NCBI GenBank assembly: GCA_964435575.1
Contig: CAYSZS010000001.1
Span: forward strand, 43,206 to 107,205
Source of the DNA: an uncultured Gammaproteobacteria bacterium
Lineage (GTDB): Bacteria; Patescibacteriota; Microgenomatia; UBA8517
DNA length: 64,000 nucleotides
Direction of reading: 5' to 3'
Program-made: the position numbers and the translations under genes
Notes under the pieces: generated by a model
Seen by the model: the letters and a program-made list of their open reading frames with translations, nothing else
What the model was told of the DNA's origin: nothing
The model's database searches: none
Part shown: positions 57,300 through 64,000 of the stretch, piece by piece
How positions within the stretch are numbered: position 1 is the first letter of the stretch
Layout of the letters: each line of letters begins with the position of its first letter

Positions 57300-58608
57300 T
57301 TTAGTTGATATAGTACTAAGAAATCGAAGGAGAATTTTTCTGGTGGCCCTCCTTCTTATCGGATTTTTTATAAGATTTTACTATGCAGATAAATTCGTTA
57401 AGGAAAGTGGCGACCTACGACTTTATGCGGATTGGGGAGAGAAATTCTGGGAATATGGATCAAAAAATTTTTATTTCGTAAAAGAATGGTATTACGCACC
57501 CCCGAATTATCCGCCGATACTTTCGCTTATCTATGCAGGATCCTATTGGTTATTTGACCATAAATACGTTTTGGCACAAATTCATAATGCGACACGCTTA
57601 GTTCCGGCTGTTTTCATTATCTACTTTTACGATCACGGTTATTATCTCCTTCTTAAATTACCCGGGATTATGGCTGATTTGGGATTGGCATATTTAATAT
57701 ATAAAGTTGTTTTTGAGTTAACAAAGAATACAAAACGTTCGCTTATCGCTTTTTCTTTTTATCTATTTAATCCTATCTCTATTTTTTTGAGCGGAGCATG
57801 GGGGCAAACAGACAGTTTGGTATCGCTTTTTGGAATACTTTCATTTTTAGTTCTTTTTTCGAGGTATATCTGGCTTTCAATCCCTCTTTTATTTATCAGT
57901 TTTTATATAAAACCAAATTGGGGGTTATTTATTCCACTGTATTTATTTATTCTGTTTGGTAAAAAACCCAAATTTAAATATGTAGGATTCGGAATTATAA
58001 TGTCGGTTATAATTTTTATAGTTACTACACTTCCTTTTAGTCAAGGAAGTGTTTTATCTTTTTCTAAATATTTACTGGAATCCAGGATTTTGCCAACCGC
58101 CAGCATTACACACAAAGCATCGGTTTCCGCTTTCAATTTCCATACAATTTTTTTTGAAATAGATAGGACTTCGGATGAAGAACCTGTTTTGGGAATTCCT
58201 GCGAATATTTTCGGGATAATAATTTTTATCTTAGTTAATGTTGTTTCCTTTTGGTACTCGAGGAAACAAAAATACAACATTAAATCGCTAATGGTTGCAC
58301 TTTTTTTAATCGGATTTTCAGGGTACCTTTTTTTGACAAATATGTTAGAGAGGTATTTTTTCGCAGGCTTCGTTCCTCTGATTATTATTGGTTTTACCAA
58401 TACCAGGTTATTAGTTTATCTATTACTTATCAACCTGGCAACTTTTTTAAACCTGGTTTATGCGTTTTTTCGTCGATCGGTCGGTGAAATTGCAGACCTT
58501 TTCACTGAAAATGATTTCTTGGCTATAAGGGTGCTATCAACCCTTAATTTGTTTGGCTTTGTTATTTTGTTGAAAAAATTCAATCCGATTTCTTTCAAGA
58601 AAAGTTAA
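57271..58608 (+). CDS. GT-C (GT87-like) membrane glycosyltransferase
   Basis: GD...Y.DW, NYPP, KLP...AD, NP, WGQTD, KP, MLERY. Confidence 0.72.
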   Translation: MKKKSTTENSLVDIVLRNRRRIFLVALLLIGFFIRFYYADKFVKESGDLRLYADWGEKFWEYGSKNFYFVKEWYYAPPNYPPILSLIYAGSYWLFDHKYVLAQIHNATRLVPAVFIIYFYDHGYYLLLKLPGIMADLGLAYLIYKVVFELTKNTKRSLIAFSFYLFNPISIFLSGAWGQTDSLVSLFGILSFLVLFSRYIWLSIPLLFISFYIKPNWGLFIPLYLFILFGKKPKFKYVGFGIIMSVIIFIVTTLPFSQGSVLSFSKYLLESRILPTASITHKASVSAFNFHTIFFEIDRTSDEEPVLGIPANIFGIIIFILVNVVSFWYSRKQKYNIKSLMVALFLIGFSGYLFLTNMLERYFFAGFVPLIIIGFTNTRLLVYLLLINLATFLNLVYAFFRRSVGEIADLFTENDFLAIRVLSTLNLFGFVILLKKFNPISFKKS

Positions 58609-58624
58609 GTGATAAAATTTTAAA

Positions 58625-60121
58625 ATGTCTGATATAACAAAAACACAGGACCATTTGGATCCCACCGGCGAAATTAGTTTGGAAGCGGTAAAATCGAGGG
58701 CGGTTAAAGGTGTTGTTGTTTTAACGGGTCGGACCTTTATCCTTCAAATAGTATCATTTTCCGCCTGGTTTTTTCTTTCGGTCTTTTTAGATGCCCGGGA
58801 AATCGGGGTTTTCTTTATAGTATCTGCAGTAGTAAATTTCCTGCGCTATTTTTCCGACATCGGTTTGGCCGCTGCCTTAATTCAAAAAAAGGAGAAAGTT
58901 GACGAAGCCGATCTTAAAACAACCTTCACTATCCAGCAGGGGCTGGTAATACTGCTTTTGCTGTTTTTATATATTTCGGCTCCTTTTTTCCAGCGATATT
59001 ATTCATTGAGCTATGAGGGATTACTGCTTTTTTATGCGCTGGGCGTATCTTTTCTTTTTTCATCTTTAAAAACCATTCCCTCGGTTTTATTGGAACGCGA
59101 GCTGAAGTTCGGGAAATTGGTTATTCCCGATGTTTTGGAGAACCTTGTTTACAATTTAACCGCGGTATATTTCGCCTGGCAGGGAATGGGGATAACAAGC
59201 TTTACTTATGCAGTATTGCTGCGCGGTATAGTCGGGTTAATCGCGATTTATATAATTCGTCCCTGGCTTCCCGGACTGGCCTTCGCCGGAAAATCTTTGA
59301 GAAAACTTTTGACTTTCGGAGTTCCGTACCAACTGAATACTTTTTTGGCGACAGTAAAAGACGACGGAATGACGGCATTTTTGGGAGGAATTCTCGGAGC
59401 AACCGGTATTGGCTATCTCGGCTGGGCGCAAAAATGGGCGCAGACGCCTCTCCGGCTATTTTTGGATAATGTTACAAAAGTCACCTTTCCGGCATTTTCA
59501 CGCATGCAGGACGATAAAAAACATCTCGAAAGCAGTGTCACAAGATCAATATATTTTGTTGCCTTTTTAGTTTTTCCGTCGATTGTCAGCCTTTTGGTTT
59601 TGGCACCCGTTTTGGTAGAAATAATTCCAAGGTATGATAAATGGCAGCCGGCGCTTCTACCTTTGGCACTGGTCAGCGTCAATGTGATTATGGCTGTTTC
59701 AACGACCCAGATTACCAATCTATTCAACGCGATAGGTAAAATTAAAATAACTTTTAAACTGATGTTAATGTGGACGATTCTCACCTGGTTATTTGTTCCC
59801 TTTTTCGGATTAAGATTCGGTGTCAATGGCGCGGCATTCGGCTATGCTCTCGTAGGCGCGAGTTCGGTGATTGCGATTTATATCGGGAAAAGACATGTCA
59901 ACTTTTCTCTTAAATACAGCTTGCTGAATCCGGCAATCGCTTCGGTTATTATGGCCATTGTAATGCTTTTGGTAAGAAATATATTGCCTGTTAATATTTT
60001 CGGACTTTCGTTAATCGCTTTGGTCGGTCTTGCAGCCTATTTTGCGGCATCTTTTGCAATTGTCGGCAGGTCTCTTCTGGAAGATGGTAAAAAATCTCTT
60101 TCAACTCTTTTCAGTCGCTAA
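58625..60121 (+). CDS. Wzx-type oligosaccharide flippase
   Basis: D.GL.AALIQK, LERELKF, VTFPAFSRMQ and about 12-14 TM helices. Confidence 0.85.
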   Translation: MSDITKTQDHLDPTGEISLEAVKSRAVKGVVVLTGRTFILQIVSFSAWFFLSVFLDAREIGVFFIVSAVVNFLRYFSDIGLAAALIQKKEKVDEADLKTTFTIQQGLVILLLLFLYISAPFFQRYYSLSYEGLLLFYALGVSFLFSSLKTIPSVLLERELKFGKLVIPDVLENLVYNLTAVYFAWQGMGITSFTYAVLLRGIVGLIAIYIIRPWLPGLAFAGKSLRKLLTFGVPYQLNTFLATVKDDGMTAFLGGILGATGIGYLGWAQKWAQTPLRLFLDNVTKVTFPAFSRMQDDKKHLESSVTRSIYFVAFLVFPSIVSLLVLAPVLVEIIPRYDKWQPALLPLALVSVNVIMAVSTTQITNLFNAIGKIKITFKLMLMWTILTWLFVPFFGLRFGVNGAAFGYALVGASSVIAIYIGKRHVNFSLKYSLLNPAIASVIMAIVMLLVRNILPVNIFGLSLIALVGLAAYFAASFAIVGRSLLEDGKKSLSTLFSR

Positions 60122-61832
60122 GATAAATAGAGCAGGCCGGTTTTTGATTTTAGCCGGTTCGCTGGTCTGGTCTTTGACTATGGTAAAAAGTGGATTGGTT
60201 TACAATTATGGAATGGGATTTTGGGGTCCGAACGGACATGACGGAATTTGGCACATAAGTTTGGCAAATTCATTAGCAAGAGGATTGTGGCAGATGCCGA
60301 TTTTCGCGGGAGAAACTATTAAGAACTATCACATAGGATTTGATTTGGTACTTGCCATACTTCATAAACTGACTTTTATTCCAATTCATACTTTGTATTT
60401 TCAAATACTTCCCCCAATCTTTGCATTCTTAATTGGCTTATTTGCTTATTTGTTTACTCTGTCTTGGAAAAATTCCACGAAATCGGCTTTTTGGGCGACT
60501 TTTTTTGTGTATTTCGGTGGAAACTGGGGTTGGCTAGTAACTTTAATAAGAGGGAAAGAGTTGGGTGGAGAGAGTCTGTTTTGGTCACAACAGGCAATAT
60601 CGACGCTTATCAACCCACCCTTCGCCCTGTCACTTATCTTGATATTTTCCGGATTGTGGGTACTTGTAAAAGGACTACAGACTAAAGATAAAAGACTTTT
60701 TATTATTGCTACATTTTTATTCGGAGTTTTGGTGCAGGTCAAGGTTTATGCTGGAATTTTGGTTTTAGCAGGACTTTTTATGGCGGGATTTTGGAGAATG
60801 GTTAAAAAGCAGGGAATTGACTTAATCAAAGTTTTTACAGGTTCCTTGCTAATTTCTTTTTTGATTTTTTCTCCGTTAATAGGAAGCGTTGGGCAAACGG
60901 TAATTTTTCAGCCCTTTTGGTTTTTGGAAAGCATAGTTTCTTCACCTGACCGCTTTTATTGGCCAAAAATGGCAAGCGCAATTGCAAACTATAAATTGGC
61001 GGGAAATTGGCCAAGATTAATTCTTGCCTATGGAGTGACATTTGCTATTTTTTGGTTTGGAAACTTGGGTACAAGAATTTTAAAAGAGCCGCTGTTTTTT
61101 GTACACCTTAAAAATCTCAAGAAACTTTCATTCATTGAAGTATTTTTGTATAGCATTATAGGGCTAGGGGTTTTACTTCCGACTCTATTTATCCAAAAAG
61201 GAAATTCCTGGAACACAATTCAATTTATGTATTATTCTTTGGTGTTTTCTGGAATTCTAGCTGGGGTTTGTTTGGGAAAGTATTTAGATAAAAATGCGGA
61301 CGAGAAGCACAGCACTATGATACATCATAGTAAGCGAGTGGGTCTAATTTTATTAATAATAGCGATGACGGTACCAACTAGCGTTGGGACTTTGAAACAC
61401 TACTTACCCCAAAGACCTCCAGCGATGATTTCAAATCAAGAACTTGAAGCACTTGATTTTCTTGCAAATCAGCCAGATGGAACTGTCCTAACTCAGCCTT
61501 TTGGCAGAGAAAAAGCCCTTGCAGCTCAATCAAATCCGCCAAGACCTCTTTACCTTTACGAGTCAACTGCCTATGTTTCGGCTTTTTCCGGGAAACAGAC
61601 GTATTTGGAAGATGAAGTTAACTTAGAAATAACGGGATATGACTGGAGAAAAAGGAGAAAAGAAGTTGAACCATTTTTTGGCGAGAACTGTAAAATAGAC
61701 GTAAATTTCTTTACTGACAAAGAGGTCTCATATATTTATTTAGTAAAGCAAAATTTATGTAAAAGGGAATTTGAGACAATTGCAGATAAAATATTTGAAA
61801 ATCTGGAGGTTGTGGTATTTAAGGTTAATTAG
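60084..61832 (+). CDS. polytopic GT-C-like membrane protein
   Basis: HDGIWH first loop, YH..FD, NPP, K.Y and a C-terminal soluble domain. Start uncertain. Confidence 0.6.
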   Translation: MVKNLFQLFSVAKINRAGRFLILAGSLVWSLTMVKSGLVYNYGMGFWGPNGHDGIWHISLANSLARGLWQMPIFAGETIKNYHIGFDLVLAILHKLTFIPIHTLYFQILPPIFAFLIGLFAYLFTLSWKNSTKSAFWATFFVYFGGNWGWLVTLIRGKELGGESLFWSQQAISTLINPPFALSLILIFSGLWVLVKGLQTKDKRLFIIATFLFGVLVQVKVYAGILVLAGLFMAGFWRMVKKQGIDLIKVFTGSLLISFLIFSPLIGSVGQTVIFQPFWFLESIVSSPDRFYWPKMASAIANYKLAGNWPRLILAYGVTFAIFWFGNLGTRILKEPLFFVHLKNLKKLSFIEVFLYSIIGLGVLLPTLFIQKGNSWNTIQFMYYSLVFSGILAGVCLGKYLDKNADEKHSTMIHHSKRVGLILLIIAMTVPTSVGTLKHYLPQRPPAMISNQELEALDFLANQPDGTVLTQPFGREKALAAQSNPPRPLYLYESTAYVSAFSGKQTYLEDEVNLEITGYDWRKRRKEVEPFFGENCKIDVNFFTDKEVSYIYLVKQNLCKREFETIADKIFENLEVVVFKVN

Positions 61833-61868
61833 ATGTGTTTCTTCTTTGCTTCATGCTAAAATTAGCTT

Positions 61869-62768
61869 GTGGGAAAGATTTCGGTTGTTGTTAATACTCT
61901 GAACGAGGAAAAGAACTTGCCTCGAGCTTTATCTTCTGTTAAAGATTTTGCCGACGAGACTGTGGTTGTTGATATGCACTCCGATGATAAAACCCAGGAT
62001 ATTGCCAAAAAGTTTGGTGCAAAAGTTTTTGAACATGACCGAACCGGGTATGTAGAGCCTGCCAGAAATTATGCAATTTCAAAAACAACCGGTGATTGGA
62101 TTTTGGTTTTGGACGCGGATGAAGAAATTGCAAAGTTTCTCGCGGATAAATTGAGACAGATTTCCACGGATTCCGATTCGGCAGATTATTATAGATTGCC
62201 TCGTAAAAATATCATCTTCGGCAAGTGGATTAAGCACTCTCGCTGGTGGCCTGACCTAAATATCCGATTTTTCAAAAAGGGAAAGGTTAGCTGGAATGAA
62301 ATCATTCATTCTGTCCCTACAACTAGGGGCAAAGGACTTGATCTGGAACCAAAAGTGGAAAATTCAATAATTCATTATCATTATGAGACTGTCGAACAAT
62401 ATATTGAGAGATTAAATAGGTATACGGGAGAGCACGCAAAAAATTTAATTAAAGATGGATATAAGTTTGACTGGAGTGATTTACTGAGAAAGCCTGTAAA
62501 TGAGTTTTTAAGTCGTTATTTTCAGGGCGAAGGTTATAAAGACGGGCTACATGGTTTCGCGTTGGCTGAATTGCAAGCATTTTCAGAGTTTGTTATGTAT
62601 CTTAAAACTTGGCAGTTGGAGAAGTTCATAGGCAATCACATCGAGATAGAAGAGGTTGTAAATGAAATGAAGGAGGCAGAAAACGATCTTCATTATTGGG
62701 AGAGCGACGCACTCCTTAAAGAGGTTGGAGGCTTAAAACACAGAATAAAAAGAAAACTTAAATTATAA
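61869..62768 (+). CDS. GT2 glycosyltransferase
   Basis: NEEKNL, VDMHSDDKT, ARNYA, LDADE, WPD...RFF. Confidence 0.88.
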   Translation: MGKISVVVNTLNEEKNLPRALSSVKDFADETVVVDMHSDDKTQDIAKKFGAKVFEHDRTGYVEPARNYAISKTTGDWILVLDADEEIAKFLADKLRQISTDSDSADYYRLPRKNIIFGKWIKHSRWWPDLNIRFFKKGKVSWNEIIHSVPTTRGKGLDLEPKVENSIIHYHYETVEQYIERLNRYTGEHAKNLIKDGYKFDWSDLLRKPVNEFLSRYFQGEGYKDGLHGFALAELQAFSEFVMYLKTWQLEKFIGNHIEIEEVVNEMKEAENDLHYWESDALLKEVGGLKHRIKRKLKL

Positions 62769-62904
62769 TGCCAATCTACGAATTTATGCGAATGTTACGA
62801 ATAGATACGGATTATGTAGATTAAGACTCTATTATCTAAATCCCAAATCATTTGTATTTATTAGTATGCATTGGCATTATTCGAACTTATTCGCATCATT
62901 ATCT

Positions 62905-63834
62905 ATGAAAATCTTCATCATAATTCTAAACTGGAATCGTGCTGATGATACTCTTGATTGTCTAAAATCCGTCGAGAAATTACAAATTACAAATTACAAA
63001 TTGCAAATTATTATAGTAGATAATGCTTCTACAGACGATTCGATTAAAAAAATTAAAAAAGGTATCAAAAGTACCACAAGTACCAAAGGTATCATAAGTA
63101 AAATAATCGGGAACCGAACTAACTTGGGATTTGCAGCAGGGAATAATGTTGGGGTTAAATATGCATTAGATCAGGGTGCTGATTATATAATGGTTTTAAA
63201 TAACGATACCGTTGTTGATAAAAATTTGTTAATAGAGTTTTTGAAAGCATTGAAGAAATATCCAAAAGCCGGTATTCTTTCTCCGAAAATATATTTTGCT
63301 TCTGGTTTTGAGTTTCATAAAGACAGATATAAAAAGTCAGAATTAGGAAAAGTAATTTGGTACTCGGGGGGAAAAATAGATTGGAATAATGTTTACGGTT
63401 TTGGTAGGGGTGTTGATGAGGTAGATAATGGTCAATACGACGAAGTTACAGAAACCGATTTTGCAACAGGAACCTGCATGTTTTTAAGTCGTAATGCTTT
63501 GGAAAAAGTTGGTTTATTTGATGAAAAGTATTTTATGTATTTCGAAGATACGGACCTTTCCATGAGATTAAAACGCGTCGGTTTTAGAGTATTTTATGTT
63601 CCACGGGCAGTTTTATGGCACAAAGTTGCCCAAAGCTCAGGAATTGGAAGTGATTTGAATGACTACTTTATTACAAGAAATAGACTGTTGTTTGGTATGA
63701 GATATGCAAAATTAAGAACAAGGTTTGCATTGTATCGTGAGAGTTTGCGTTTTTTACTATCAGGAAGAGTTTGGCAAAGAAAAGGCGTATTGGATTTTTA
63801 CCTGGGAAGATTAGGAAAGGGGTCATGGCATTGA
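62905..63834 (+). CDS. GT2 glycosyltransferase (rhamnosyltransferase-like)
   Basis: ILNWN, VDNASTD, NLGFAAGNN, LNND, G.FDE.YFMYFEDTD. Confidence 0.88.
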   Translation: MKIFIIILNWNRADDTLDCLKSVEKLQITNYKLQIIIVDNASTDDSIKKIKKGIKSTTSTKGIISKIIGNRTNLGFAAGNNVGVKYALDQGADYIMVLNNDTVVDKNLLIEFLKALKKYPKAGILSPKIYFASGFEFHKDRYKKSELGKVIWYSGGKIDWNNVYGFGRGVDEVDNGQYDEVTETDFATGTCMFLSRNALEKVGLFDEKYFMYFEDTDLSMRLKRVGFRVFYVPRAVLWHKVAQSSGIGSDLNDYFITRNRLLFGMRYAKLRTRFALYRESLRFLLSGRVWQRKGVLDFYLGRLGKGSWH

Positions 63835-64000
63835 AAATTTCTGCAATTATTATCGCCAAAAATGAGGAGAAGAAAATCGGTGACTCTTTGAAATCCGTTA
63901 AATGGGTAGATGAGATTATAGTTATCGATAATGATTCGATAGATAAAACCGCGCAAATAGCAAGAAGATACGGAGCCAGAGTAATACCGTTTAAAGATGG
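63825..64000 (+). CDS. GT2 glycosyltransferase, 3'-truncated by the window edge
   Basis: Translated by hand: MALKISAIIIAKNEEKKIGDSLKSVKWVDEIIVIDNDSIDKT... Confidence 0.8.
   Translation, partial: MALKISAIIIAKNEEKKIGDSLKSVKWVDEIIVIDNDSIDKTAQIARRYGARVIPFKD

Noticed and set aside
3881-63859. Numerous short antisense or alternate-frame ORFs in the track (e.g. 4372-4743, 7985-8269, 23092-23619, 36444-36992, 59413-59826)
   Set aside because: They overlap well-supported genes and show no motifs, so they are treated as shadow ORFs.
1-64000. Diversity-generating retroelement, retron or known anti-phage defence system
   Set aside because: No reverse transcriptase, template/variable repeat pair or recognisable defence genes were seen, apart from the TA pair.

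Overview
This is an AT-rich bacterial chromosomal window. Gene content, near-leaderless promoters and repeat style suggest a Patescibacteria/CPR (Microgenomates-like) genome; this taxonomy is inferred, not shown. From left to right it contains: (1) surface-protein genes, galE and a thermitase-like S8 protease; (2) three paralogous secreted Asn/Thr/Gly-rich proteins built from ~85-90 aa repeats, followed by a sortase and a CAP protein, with the first gene bracketed by G-U-containing RNA stems; (3) galU, a YkuK-like RNase H-fold gene, archease and RtcB; (4) rfbABCD; (5) a GT2-GT4 fusion/deacetylase/GNAT/GT-C/hydrolase-like polysaccharide operon behind a structured leader; (6) trmD overlapping a short integron-integrase-like recombinase that faces a small cassette-like array, where a toxin-antitoxin pair sits inside an attC-like fold; (7) a MacAB-type ABC exporter; and (8) a ~27 kb glycosylation island rich in GT-C-fold and polyprenyl-phosphate GT2 genes plus a flippase. 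Short 7-9 nt tandem repeats and 18-29 nt palindromic elements are inserted in frame in several enzymes. The best candidates for an undescribed system are the sortase-linked repeat-protein (putative beta-solenoid or amyloid-like fibre) locus and the atypical integron-like element. No rRNA, tRNA or CRISPR array was recognised. All family assignments come from motif recognition by eye, without database searches.
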